DNA from: Pirellulales bacterium
GTDB lineage: Bacteria > Planctomycetota > Planctomycetia > Pirellulales > UBA1268
Reading direction: 5' to 3'
Length of the DNA stretch: 53,529 nt
Assembly: GCA_044336925.1 (NCBI GenBank)
Contig: JBIIOM010000001.1
Span: forward strand, 1-53,529
Part shown: in pieces, positions 17,668 through 26,771 of the stretch
Position numbering within the stretch: the stretch's first letter is position 1
Layout: each line of letters opens with the position of its first letter
Position numbers and translations under genes: made by a program
Notes under the pieces: generated by a model
Database searches by the model: none
The model's input: the letters and a program-made list of their open reading frames with translations, nothing else
Told to the model about the DNA's origin: nothing

Positions 17668-19139
17668 CGCGGCGCGGGATGATCGCGGCGGCAGTCGTCC
17701 TGGCAGCGGCCACGATTGCGGCCCACGCGCCGGCCTGGCGGGGGGCGTTTGTCTCGGATGACATCTCCGAGATCGCCGAGAACCCGGCGATTCGCGTGCT
17801 CTGGCCCCCGTGGGTGCCGATGATGGAAGGCACACCGATGCCGCATCGGCCGCTGCCCTACTACACGTTTGCCCTGAACTACGCCGCCCACGGCCTCGAT
17901 CCCCGCGGCTATCACGCGGTGAACCTCGCGATCCATCTCGCCAACGGCTGGCTCGTGTGGTGGGTGGGGCGGGAGATTCTGCGGCGGCTCGGAGCCGGGG
18001 ATGCCGCGGGGGGGATCGCCGTGGCGGCCACGACGCTTTGGCTCGTGCATCCGCTTTGCACACAGGCGGTCGATTACATCTACCAGCGGATCGAGTCGCT
18101 CGGGGCGCTGGCGATTCTCGGGACGGTGGCGTGTTTCTTGCGGGCGAGCCCGCAGTCCCTCGCTGGCGCTTCGGGCTTCCGGAAGATCAGCGAAGTGGAT
18201 CGGGCTTCGGGATGGCTCGCGGCGAGCGTGGCGGCGAGCGCCGCCGGCATGCTCTGCAAGGAGCACGTGGTGGCGGCGCCCGTGGTAGTGTTGCTCGTTG
18301 ACTGGCTCGTTGTCCGCTGGCGGCAGGCCGCGCCGTGGCGATCGCTTCTCGACGCGGCCGCCGCCCGGCCGGCCTACTATGCGGCGCTCTTCGCCACGCC
18401 GCTCGTTGCCGTGGCGCTCGTCGTCTTGCAGCGGCAGAGGTTTACGGACTTCGAGCAGGTGCTCGCCGGCCCGCTGCTCTATGCCGCCAATCAGCCGCTC
18501 GTGATCGGGGAGTATCTGCGGCGGGCGATCGTTCCGGCACCGCTGTGCCTCGACTGGTATCGGATTCCGATTGACAGCCCCGCGCTCCTCGTGCCGGGCA
18601 TCGGAGCCATCGCCCTGGCCCTGGCCGTGGCTGCCTGGGGCGTGACCCACGCCTGCGGGCTCGCCCTCGTGATCCTACTTTTTCTCGTGCTCCTCGCTCC
18701 CACGTCGAGCGTGCTGCCGGTCAACGACCTGATGGTGGAGCATCGGATGTATCTGCCGCTCGCGGTGCTCTGCACGGCCGCCGCCGCTGTGGGCCACGTA
18801 CTGCTCGTGCGACATTGTGCGGCGGGACGGCGGCTGGTCGTGGGCGGAGCGATCGTCGGCATCGTGGCCGCCCTGCTCGCGGCGACCACCTGGGCCCGCT
18901 GCCATGCCTATCAATCGCGGCTCGTGATGTGGGCCGACGTGGTCCTGAAATCGCCGCGCAATCCCCGCGGCTGGCAGACGCTCGCCGTGGAACTCTGGCA
19001 GGCGGGCGCGCTTGATCGGGCGCTCGAGGCCGTGGACACGAGCCTCGCGATAGTGCCCGATTCCGAAGTGTCGCTCGCGACGCGGAAGGCCATCCTCGCC
19101 GACATCGAACGGTCAAGGCCGGCCGCAGACTCGAGGTAG
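17664..19139 (+). CDS. TMTC-like GT-C membrane protein, short TPR tail (paralogue T3)
   Basis: GTG at 17664 overlaps the ATPase stop as GTGA. An alternative ATG lies at 17679. Motifs: GAFVSDDISEIAEN, GYHAVNLAIHLAN, VHPLCTQAVDYIYQRIES, CKEH, LAPTSSVLPVNDLMVEHRMYLP. Confidence 0.75.
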   Translation: MTRRGMIAAAVVLAAATIAAHAPAWRGAFVSDDISEIAENPAIRVLWPPWVPMMEGTPMPHRPLPYYTFALNYAAHGLDPRGYHAVNLAIHLANGWLVWWVGREILRRLGAGDAAGGIAVAATTLWLVHPLCTQAVDYIYQRIESLGALAILGTVACFLRASPQSLAGASGFRKISEVDRASGWLAASVAASAAGMLCKEHVVAAPVVVLLVDWLVVRWRQAAPWRSLLDAAAARPAYYAALFATPLVAVALVVLQRQRFTDFEQVLAGPLLYAANQPLVIGEYLRRAIVPAPLCLDWYRIPIDSPALLVPGIGAIALALAVAAWGVTHACGLALVILLFLVLLAPTSSVLPVNDLMVEHRMYLPLAVLCTAAAAVGHVLLVRHCAAGRRLVVGGAIVGIVAALLAATTWARCHAYQSRLVMWADVVLKSPRNPRGWQTLAVELWQAGALDRALEAVDTSLAIVPDSEVSLATRKAILADIERSRPAADSR

Positions 19140-19144
19140 ATCCC

Positions 19145-19981
19145 ATGCAATCCGATCAGTTTCAGCTTCATGCCGAGATCGAAGAGCGGCACTGGTGGTT
19201 TCGGGGGCGGCGGGCGATCGTGCGCCGACTGCTCGCCGAAATCGCGCCGCCGGTCAGCGGCCGGCGGATCGTGGACGTGGGCTGCGGCACGGGGGCCAAC
19301 ATCGCCTCGCTCACCGATGCCTACGTCTGCCACGGGATCGATCCCTCGTCCGAGGGCATCGTTTTGGCAAGGAAGCGGTTTCCCGGGGTGACATTCACCT
19401 GCGGACTGGCCCCCGACGCCTTCAGCCCCGAGGAACGGGATGCCGACGTCATGCTCGCGATGGACGTGATGGAGCACGTGCCAGACGACTTTCTGTTTGC
19501 GAGCAGCCTGCTCGCGGCGCTCAAGCCGGGGGGCCACCTTTTGATCACAGTGCCGGCCGACGCCGCACTCTGGAGCGCCCACGACGACGCCTTCGGGCAC
19601 TACCGCCGCTACAGCCGCCCCCGGCTCGAGCGAGTGTGGCGCGACCTGCCCGTGACGCCGCTGCTCGTGAGCCACGCGATGGCACGGCTCTATCCAGCGG
19701 TGCGCGCGGTGCGCGGCTGGAACCGCCTGCGCGGGCATGCGGCGGGTCGGGCCGGAACGGACTTCACGATGCCTCCCGGCCCTGTCAACGCCCTGCTCGA
19801 ACGGCTGCTGGCCGGCGAATCCAGGCGTCTGGTGGCGACGCTCGCGAACCCCGCGCGGGCCTATCGTCGCGGCGTGAGCTTGATCGCGATCCTGCGGCGC
19901 GAGCCCGGCACGATTGAGCCCGCCGGCCGACCGGCGGACGTGCCTGCCGATGTCGCGCAGCCCGAGAATAGAAGCCGCTAG
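19145..19981 (+). CDS. class I SAM-dependent methyltransferase
   Basis: Motif I VDVGCGTGANI. N-terminal HWWFRGRR and MDVMEHVPDD are typical of the Methyltransf_11/23 family. Starts 6 nt after the upstream stop. Confidence 0.85.
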   Translation: MQSDQFQLHAEIEERHWWFRGRRAIVRRLLAEIAPPVSGRRIVDVGCGTGANIASLTDAYVCHGIDPSSEGIVLARKRFPGVTFTCGLAPDAFSPEERDADVMLAMDVMEHVPDDFLFASSLLAALKPGGHLLITVPADAALWSAHDDAFGHYRRYSRPRLERVWRDLPVTPLLVSHAMARLYPAVRAVRGWNRLRGHAAGRAGTDFTMPPGPVNALLERLLAGESRRLVATLANPARAYRRGVSLIAILRREPGTIEPAGRPADVPADVAQPENRSR

Positions 19982-20132
19982 GCTCCATCGGCTTCGGCGG
20001 ACGCGGCGCTCGAATCGCTGCCGCTTGGGATGACGCTCGAATACCTGCAGAGCCTGCTGTCGGCCGATATCGACCGGGAGTTCCTGGCAACCGTTCTCAG
20101 CCGCTACGCCGCCGAACTGGGCGGCTCCAACG

Positions 20133-20519
20133 CTACCAACTTACGTTGAGGCCCGGATAACGCGGGAGCACGGTGTCTTTGGAGAGCAATTCGAGCCCAC
20201 GGATGATTGCCGTCGCGGCGAGGATACGATCGAACGGATCGTTGTGGATGTCTGGAAGGGCAGCGGCGGCCATCGCGATCGCCGTATCGACGGGGATCTC
20301 GGTGATGGCATGGTGCCGAAGGCACTCGGCCACGAATCGTTCGGGAGGCAACGGCAGCTCGAGGCGATTCCGCTTGACCAAAAGAGCGATCTCCAAGCTG
20401 GAGATTGCCGACATGAACAGCCTGCCGGCAGACTGGCGGATCATGGCTTTGCCGACGTCGGTAAGCTGTTCCTGGTCGGATGCCAGCCAGACGAGGGCGT
20501 GAGTGTCGAGCAGCAGCAT
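20133..20519 (-). CDS. vapC: type II toxin, PIN-domain VapC family
   Basis: Starts MLLLDTHALVWL and contains NDPFDRIL. The ATG at 20519 shares one base with the antitoxin TGA. Confidence 0.85.
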   Translation of the reverse strand: MLLLDTHALVWLASDQEQLTDVGKAMIRQSAGRLFMSAISSLEIALLVKRNRLELPLPPERFVAECLRHHAITEIPVDTAIAMAAAALPDIHNDPFDRILAATAIIRGLELLSKDTVLPRYPGLNVSW

Positions 20520-20755
20520 CAGCGGGCGGTCTCGGGCCAGTCTTCGACCGCCACCGGAGCGCACGGATCGCCTTGAAACCGCGCGCCCCTGAGATGCGGG
20601 GCCTGCTCCAATGGATCATGGCTATCGCGGTGCGGCACGATATCTACCACGGGGAGGTTGTTCCGACAGATCGTCACGGGCTTGCCCGTGCGTTCAACCT
20701 CGGCAATGAGCCGCGAGAGGTGGGCCTTGGCCTCGTAGGTGCTGACGGCTTTCAT
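20519..20755 (-). CDS. type II antitoxin, Phd/YefM family
   Basis: 78 aa, MKAVSTYEAKAHLSRLIAEVERTGKPVTICRNNLPVVDIVP. Lies immediately upstream of the PIN toxin and overlaps it. Confidence 0.85.
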   Translation of the reverse strand: MKAVSTYEAKAHLSRLIAEVERTGKPVTICRNNLPVVDIVPHRDSHDPLEQAPHLRGARFQGDPCAPVAVEDWPETAR

Positions 20756-20771
20756 GTCTGAATAGTAATGA

Positions 20772-20788
20772 GACTAGTCTATCTAGTC
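20772..20788. promoter_or_regulatory. inverted repeat, candidate antitoxin operator
   Basis: GACTAG-TCTAT-CTAGTC is a perfect 6-bp inverted repeat. It lies 17-33 nt upstream of the antitoxin ATG, in a locally AT-richer stretch. Confidence 0.4.
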
Positions 20789-20879
20789 AAGCGCACTACG
20801 GCGTTCCCAGGGCCGGCATCGGTCACGAGCTGCTCCCCCACCGTGACCAGGCGTTCGAGCATCCGCTGGGCGTCGCTCT

Positions 20880-22634
20880 TCAGAGGCTCTCGATCGCCCG
20901 CCGTGCGAGATCCAGATTCGCGCATCCAGCCGGATTCTCCGGATCGAGTCGCACGGCCGTTTCGAGGTCGCCGAGCGCGAGATCGGGCCGCTCCTGCCGC
21001 AGGCGAACCATGCCGCGGGCCAGCCAGCCCTTGGCCAGGTCGGGCCGTAGCCGGATCGCTTCGTCAAGCATGGCGATCGCCGTGTCGAGGTCGGCCCCGC
21101 GACTGAGCACGATGCCCAGATTGATCCGCGCGTCGGCCTCGCCGGGGGCGAGTCGAATCGCCTCCGCGAATGCATCGGCGGCGGCATCGTTGCGGTGTTC
21201 CTCGGCCAGAATCCTGCCGAGGTTGAGCCAGTTGCGCTCGCGTTCCGGATGATCAGCGACCGCCTGTTGGGCAAGCGGTGCTGCCTCGTCAAACCGACGC
21301 TCGCGAATCAGCGCCGCCACGAGGTTCGTGACCCCGCGGTCGTTCTCCGGGCAGTCTCGCACGTTCTGTTGCCAGAGCGATGCGGCGGACTGAAAATCGC
21401 GATTCCGCAGAATGGTTCTGCCGACGCTCGCCGCTACGAGGATCGCGACGAGTGTGAGCCACGCCACCTGCCCACGGACCGAATGCCGCCCGTGACGCAG
21501 CCTGCGGGCCGCCATCGCGACGGCCGTCACGAGCCCGCCGATCAGAAACGCCGCCGGCAGATACATTCGGTGCTCGGCAATCGTCTGGGTCTTCACCGGC
21601 ACGATGCTGGTCGTGGGGCCGAGCAGAATTGCCGCGGCCACGAGCGGAAAGAAGGCCCGGGGCTTCCGCCCGAAGCCGACGGCGACTCCCGTCACGAGGG
21701 CCGCCGTGGCGACGACGAACGGCCCGACTTCCCTGGGCCCTGATGCGAGCCACTCCCCGTGGTCCAGCACGAGCGTGGCCGGCCAGAAGAGCTTGCCCAG
21801 ATACAGCCAAATCGCCCGGCACTGCGTGAGGGCGTAGGCGATGACCGAGGCCGTCGTGAGCCCGGCCGATCCGCCACGGCCGCCGAGCGCCCAGGCGAGA
21901 CCGATGATCGCGGCCACGTTCAGCGCGAGGCCAGCGTAGAGCACCGGCCGCACACGCCGGTCGCGGCCGGCCGCAGGGAGCCGATCGCGAAATGCCCAGT
22001 CGAAAGCCGCGACCAGCGGCAGGATCGCGGCCGTGGTTTCCTTGGCCGAGGCACCTACGATCGCGAGCAGTCCGGCGATGGCGGCCACCGCGAGGCTTCC
22101 CCGCGCGAGCGACACGATCGCGGCATCGAACGCAGCAAGGATAAAGAGCGTTGCCAACGACTCGGCCCGCTGGATCACGTAGGTGTTCACTGCCGTGTGC
22201 AGCGGATGCACGGCCCAGAGCACGGCCGTGATGGCGGCAAGCAGCCGCGCCTCGTGCAACCGCAGGCCCGAGAGCCGCAGGATTCTGCGGGCCACGTCGA
22301 AGATGAGCAGCACGTTGCCCAGATGGATCGCGAGGTTGACGATCCGAAACCCCGGCCGCCAGAGGCCGTGAACCGCGTAGTCGATCGCGAGCGAAAGGTT
22401 GAGCAGCGGCCGGCTGTCGTGCGTGCGGCCCCCCTCGGCCTTCGTCACGAGCACGTCTCGAAGCGGCCAGAGCCGGCGGATCGAGGAGTTTTCGACGATC
22501 GACACTTCGTCGTCGAAGACAAACGCTCCGTCGAGCGCATTCGCGTAGGCCAAGGCGAGCAGCATCGCGGCCATGACGCCGACGCCGGCGATCCACGCCC
22601 AGGCTAACGTCGGCAGGCTCTTCCGCCCGCTCAC
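20880..22634 (-). CDS. TMTC-like GT-C membrane protein with C-terminal TPR domain (paralogue T4)
   Basis: GTG start at 22634 overlaps the upstream stop as GTGA. Motifs: GAFVFDDEVSIVEN, GFRIVNLAIHLGN, VHPLHTAVNTYVIQRAES, SAKE, LGPTTSIVPVKTQTIAEHRMYLP. About 5 C-terminal TPRs. Confidence 0.8.
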   Translation of the reverse strand: MSGRKSLPTLAWAWIAGVGVMAAMLLALAYANALDGAFVFDDEVSIVENSSIRRLWPLRDVLVTKAEGGRTHDSRPLLNLSLAIDYAVHGLWRPGFRIVNLAIHLGNVLLIFDVARRILRLSGLRLHEARLLAAITAVLWAVHPLHTAVNTYVIQRAESLATLFILAAFDAAIVSLARGSLAVAAIAGLLAIVGASAKETTAAILPLVAAFDWAFRDRLPAAGRDRRVRPVLYAGLALNVAAIIGLAWALGGRGGSAGLTTASVIAYALTQCRAIWLYLGKLFWPATLVLDHGEWLASGPREVGPFVVATAALVTGVAVGFGRKPRAFFPLVAAAILLGPTTSIVPVKTQTIAEHRMYLPAAFLIGGLVTAVAMAARRLRHGRHSVRGQVAWLTLVAILVAASVGRTILRNRDFQSAASLWQQNVRDCPENDRGVTNLVAALIRERRFDEAAPLAQQAVADHPERERNWLNLGRILAEEHRNDAAADAFAEAIRLAPGEADARINLGIVLSRGADLDTAIAMLDEAIRLRPDLAKGWLARGMVRLRQERPDLALGDLETAVRLDPENPAGCANLDLARRAIESL

Positions 22635-22792
22635 TCGTTTTTGAAGTCCTTCATCACGGCATCCACCTGCGTGTCGATGTCGCGGGTGAATTTCACGTCC
22701 GCTTTTTTGGTGCCAGTCGAGTCCTCGCAGCCTGCCACAGCCACGAGCACAAGGCCCACGATCACCACCCAGCTAGTTTGGTTTCGCCTCAT
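22631..22792 (-). CDS. small predicted lipoprotein
   Basis: I prefer the ATG at 22792 (MRRNQTSWVVIVGLVLVAVAGCEDS...). It has a signal peptide with lipobox VAG|C and a 30-residue mature peptide. A GAGGA motif lies upstream. The gene is translationally coupled to T4. Confidence 0.55.
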   Translation of the reverse strand: MRRNQTSWVVIVGLVLVAVAGCEDSTGTKKADVKFTRDIDTQVDAVMKDFKNE

Positions 22793-22869
22793 CTGATCCT
22801 CATCGATCCATGCCATGTTTTTCCCGTTCAAGCCATTACTATAAGGTCTCACCTTCCCGGCCTCAAACC

Positions 22870-23568
22870 ATGAAGCTCAGCATCGTCGTGCCCGTTTTCA
22901 ACGAGCGGGATCTCGCTCCCCAGGCCCTGGCGCGAATCGAAGCCGCACCGCTGCCCGAGGGCGTCGTCCGCGAACTCGTGCTCATCGACGATTGCTCGAC
23001 CGACGGCACCCGGGAGTGGCTCCGTGACTTCGCGGCTGCGAGGCCCGACGTGATCCTCAAGCTCCACGAGAAAAACGCCGGCAAGGGCGCGGCACTGCGG
23101 ACGGGCTTCGCCGCGGCCACGGGCGACTTCGTCATCGTGCAGGATGCCGACCTCGAGTACGACCCCCGGGAAATCCCCACCGTCCTCGAGCCGCTCCTCG
23201 ACGGCCGGGCCGATGCCGTCTTCGGCACGCGGTTCCTCGGCCACACCCACCGCGTGCTCTACTACTGGCACTCGGTGGGCAACTGGCTGCTCACGACGTT
23301 GAGCAACATGCTCTCCAACGTGAACCTTACCGACATGGAGTGCTGCTACAAGGCCTTTCGTCGAGAGGTGCTCACCCGGATCGATCTCAAGGAAGATCGA
23401 TTCGGCTTCGAGCCCGAGATCACGGCGAAGGTGGCCCGGCTCGGCTGCCGAATCTACGAAGTGCCGGTGAGCTACTCGGGCCGCACGTATGCGGAAGGCA
23501 AGAAGATCAACTGGAAGGACGGCTTCTCCGCCCTCCGCTGCATCCTGCAGTACAACCTGTTGGGGTGA
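22870..23568 (+). CDS. GT2 glycosyltransferase, soluble DPM1/polyprenol-phosphate-sugar-synthase-like
   Basis: ATG at 22870 (MKLSIVVPVFNE). Motifs: DDCSTDGT, QDADLEYDP, CYKAFRR. 232 aa with no TM segment. Confidence 0.85.
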   Translation: MKLSIVVPVFNERDLAPQALARIEAAPLPEGVVRELVLIDDCSTDGTREWLRDFAAARPDVILKLHEKNAGKGAALRTGFAAATGDFVIVQDADLEYDPREIPTVLEPLLDGRADAVFGTRFLGHTHRVLYYWHSVGNWLLTTLSNMLSNVNLTDMECCYKAFRREVLTRIDLKEDRFGFEPEITAKVARLGCRIYEVPVSYSGRTYAEGKKINWKDGFSALRCILQYNLLG

Positions 23569-23598
23569 GGCGTCCGGGGCGTGCTACGCGCACACCAA

Positions 23599-25179
23599 TC
23601 ACCGCGGACGGATCCGCCGCAGCACGACGACCTCGTCGTTGGCATGGACTGGGAGCCAGGCTTCGCTGCCGCCGGGGAGCGGCCGTGACCAGTCGAGCGG
23701 CACGATCATAACGTCGACGCGTTGAAACTCCGGCGGGGCGTCGCCGCCCTGCCGCCAGGCCTTGATGCCGGCAGCCAGTGCGTCGTAGCCGGGGGTCAGG
23801 TGCGGGTGGCCGATGAGCGGCGTGAGCGGCGTGTAGGTCGCGGAGAGGTAGTTGTAGTCGGTCCATGTGTCGCTCTCGGGATTGAGGGCCAGCAGGCTGC
23901 CCATGATCCCGGCCCGGTCGAGGAATGCGAAGGCATCGGCCATCGCAGCGGCAACGTGGCAGTCGGAACGCCTGGTGGGGTGCTGATTCCACTCGCGAAA
24001 AACGAAAGTGGCGTTGTCGAGGATCGCACAGGCGAAGAACGCGGCTGCGAGCGCCCAGCGGCCGGGACGAATCGGCTTGGAGAGTACGCGAGACAGCCAC
24101 TGCTCCACGAGCGGCAGCCCGAGCAGGCACAGCGGCAGCCAGGTGTACCCTCGCGTGAAGTGGAGCGGCTGGCGGGCGGGCATGAGGAGTTCGTGCTTGG
24201 CCAGGGCGAGCGACACGCATGCGGCGATCACAAAGAACGTCATCTCGGGCCGCCATGCATGGCGATCCCGCCAGCAGCGGCCGGCTGCGAGGCCAAAGAC
24301 GGGCGCACCGGCCGCGATCATGGGGCCCAAGTCGAGCACCCACATGATCGACCAGCGGGAGTGAATCGCCTCGTGCTGGGGAAAGCGGGGAAGGTAGCCG
24401 AAGTAGTAGCCCAGGAATGCCGCCATCACGGCCAGATGCACCACGGCCGGCCACTCGAATCGTCGGCGCGCGATCGCCCGCCATGCCAGCCACGCCCCGA
24501 GCACCAGCAGATGCTGGATGCCGGAGAAGGGATGCGTCGCCGCGAGGGCGGCGACCGCGCCGACGGCGGGCCAGGGCCGATCGCGCACCGCCGCGAGCCA
24601 CGCGGCCGCCACGAGAGCGTGGTAGACCGCCTCCGTCGGCAGGACGAGGTTGCGGCCCCAGTTGAGAAACCACCAGCCGTTGAACGGATCGTTTTGCAGC
24701 AAGAAATAAAGCGGTGGTCGGCCATGCACGATGTTCGCGGCCACGGCCGATGCGACGAGCAATCCCCCGCCCCACATCACGAGCAGATAACACGGCACGA
24801 GAGCCCGCGAGGCGGGCAGGATCGCCTCGACGAGTCGAAACGTGAGAAACGCACATGCGAATCCGCCGATCGCGCCTGCCAGGCAGAATATGAAGCCCGG
24901 ATCGACTCCCAGGACCTTGGTTCCGACACCGACGAGCCAGGGCAGCCAGTGCCAATAGATCACCGGCGCGGCAGGGTCGGGGTCGAAGGGATTACAATAC
25001 GCAAGCCCGTTGCCACGCTCGAAAATCTCGCGGGCGTTGGCACAGTAATAGGCGGAGTCGAAGATGAGAAAGCCCGTCGGCCGGTGCGGGCCGAGGACCA
25101 CATGGGCCAGATAGATCGACCACAAGGGCAGGACGGCCAAGAATGCCCAGCGGGCAACGACGGCGGGCGGCAGGGTCAT
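23599..25179 (-). CDS. uncharacterised polytopic membrane protein (possible GT-C), paralogue 2 of a tandem pair
   Basis: ATG at 25179 overlaps the upstream TGA as ATGA. About 12 hydrophobic helices. Conserved block FDSAYYCANAREIFERGNGLAYCNPFD...VIYWHWLPW is shared with the upstream gene. I recognise no family. Confidence 0.65.
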   Translation of the reverse strand: MTLPPAVVARWAFLAVLPLWSIYLAHVVLGPHRPTGFLIFDSAYYCANAREIFERGNGLAYCNPFDPDPAAPVIYWHWLPWLVGVGTKVLGVDPGFIFCLAGAIGGFACAFLTFRLVEAILPASRALVPCYLLVMWGGGLLVASAVAANIVHGRPPLYFLLQNDPFNGWWFLNWGRNLVLPTEAVYHALVAAAWLAAVRDRPWPAVGAVAALAATHPFSGIQHLLVLGAWLAWRAIARRRFEWPAVVHLAVMAAFLGYYFGYLPRFPQHEAIHSRWSIMWVLDLGPMIAAGAPVFGLAAGRCWRDRHAWRPEMTFFVIAACVSLALAKHELLMPARQPLHFTRGYTWLPLCLLGLPLVEQWLSRVLSKPIRPGRWALAAAFFACAILDNATFVFREWNQHPTRRSDCHVAAAMADAFAFLDRAGIMGSLLALNPESDTWTDYNYLSATYTPLTPLIGHPHLTPGYDALAAGIKAWRQGGDAPPEFQRVDVMIVPLDWSRPLPGGSEAWLPVHANDEVVVLRRIRPR

Positions 25180-26771
25180 CGCGGCCTCCGCAGTGCGGCC
25201 AGGCGATCGTTCTCGCAAAGAATCTTCCAGCCCGTGAAGTCGATCGGGTAGCGCCGGAGCTTCGAGAGGATCACGATATCGACCACGTCGAGCGCGGGAT
25301 CCTTCGCGCCGGTCTTGAGCCAGCGCGAGGCGGCCTCGATCCGGGCGTCGCGATCCGGGCAGAGGAACAGGTGCCCGATGTAGGGATCAAGCGAGGTGTA
25401 GGTGCCGAGGAGGTAGTTGTCGTCGGCTCCCTCGCTACAGAGCACGAGCCCGATGCCCCGCGCTCCCAGCCGGTCGATCTGCCGGAGCAGGTCAAACACC
25501 GCGGACGTCGTGCGGAGCTCTTCGAGGCTCTCCCGGCACATGACTCCCAGCCATGTGGCGGTGTCGATCGACATGAGGAGCATCCCCGCGGCGGCCGCGG
25601 CCACGAGCGCGGGGCGGGAGAGGCGGTCGGCCAGCGCGATCAGAATCCGCTGGAGCAGCGGCAGCCCGAGCAGCAAAAGCGGCATCCAGACATAGCCCCG
25701 CGTGAAATGCAACGGCTGCCTGGGGGTCATGAACAGTTCGTGCTTGACGAGAAAGAGCGAGACGGCCGCGGCGACGACGAAGAACGTCATCTCGGGCCGC
25801 CAGCGGGTCCGGTCGAGCCAGCAGCGGGCGGCCGCAAGGGCGGCGACCGGCGTGTAAGCCGCCGCCATTGACGCGACGGGCAGGATCCACATGAGCGACC
25901 AGTCGCTGAAGATCCGCTGGTGCTCAGGAAACCGCGGCAGATAGAGGAAGTAGTAGCCGGCGAAGGCCGCAGAGGCCGCGGCGGTCGCGAGCCACGGACC
26001 GAGGAACCGTCGATCCCAGGCGAGCCGGATCGTCAGCCAGAGACCAAGAATGGCCAGATGCTGCGCGCCCGAGAAGGGATGCGTGGCCGCGAGCGCGGCG
26101 ATGCAGGCCACGCCATGCCAGGGCTTCCCCCTGACGATGCCCACCCACGCCCAGGCGACGAGCGCATGGTAGGTCGCCTCCTGCGTGTAGAGGCAGTTGC
26201 GGCCCCAGCAGAGAAACCACAGCCCCTCGAACGGATCAAACCTCAGCAGCCGGAAGTCGGGAGGCAGGCCGAAGACGACATTGCACGCGACCGCAGTGAG
26301 CACACACAGCCCGCCGCCCCACATCGAGAGCAAAAACAGCCCCGGCATGAAGCGGCTCGACGGCAGGATCGCCTCCACGAGCCGGAACGTGCCGAGCGCG
26401 AAGACGATGCCTGCGACGAGACCGACCGCGAAAAACCAGCCGCCCGGATCGAGCCCCAGCACCGAGATGCCGAAGCCGAGGATCCAGGGAAGCCAGTGGT
26501 AGTAGATCACCGGCGCGTCGGGGGAGGTGTCGTAGGGATTGCAGTAGCCGAGGCCGTTGCCCCGCTCGAAGATCTCGCGGCCGTTCGCGGCGTAGTAGGC
26601 ATGGTCGTAGCAGATGAAACCGGTCGGCAGGTGCTGGCCGCGGACATAGTGGGCGAGAAACAGGCCCCAGAACGGTAGGAGCGCGACGATCGACCAGAGC
26701 AGGGCGACCTGCCACGGGGCACGGAGCGAAGCGGATGCCTCGGCGATAGATCGATCGGAATGCAGGTTCAT
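25176..26771 (-). CDS. uncharacterised polytopic membrane protein (possible GT-C), paralogue 1 of a tandem pair
   Basis: ATG at 26771 (MNLHSDRSIAE) overlaps the upstream TGA as ATGA. The ORF-track 1038-aa version is an off-frame Arg-rich extension. Conserved block YDHAYYAANGREIFERGNGLGYCNPYD...VIYYHWLPW. Confidence 0.65.
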   Translation of the reverse strand: MNLHSDRSIAEASASLRAPWQVALLWSIVALLPFWGLFLAHYVRGQHLPTGFICYDHAYYAANGREIFERGNGLGYCNPYDTSPDAPVIYYHWLPWILGFGISVLGLDPGGWFFAVGLVAGIVFALGTFRLVEAILPSSRFMPGLFLLSMWGGGLCVLTAVACNVVFGLPPDFRLLRFDPFEGLWFLCWGRNCLYTQEATYHALVAWAWVGIVRGKPWHGVACIAALAATHPFSGAQHLAILGLWLTIRLAWDRRFLGPWLATAAASAAFAGYYFLYLPRFPEHQRIFSDWSLMWILPVASMAAAYTPVAALAAARCWLDRTRWRPEMTFFVVAAAVSLFLVKHELFMTPRQPLHFTRGYVWMPLLLLGLPLLQRILIALADRLSRPALVAAAAAGMLLMSIDTATWLGVMCRESLEELRTTSAVFDLLRQIDRLGARGIGLVLCSEGADDNYLLGTYTSLDPYIGHLFLCPDRDARIEAASRWLKTGAKDPALDVVDIVILSKLRRYPIDFTGWKILCENDRLAALRRPR

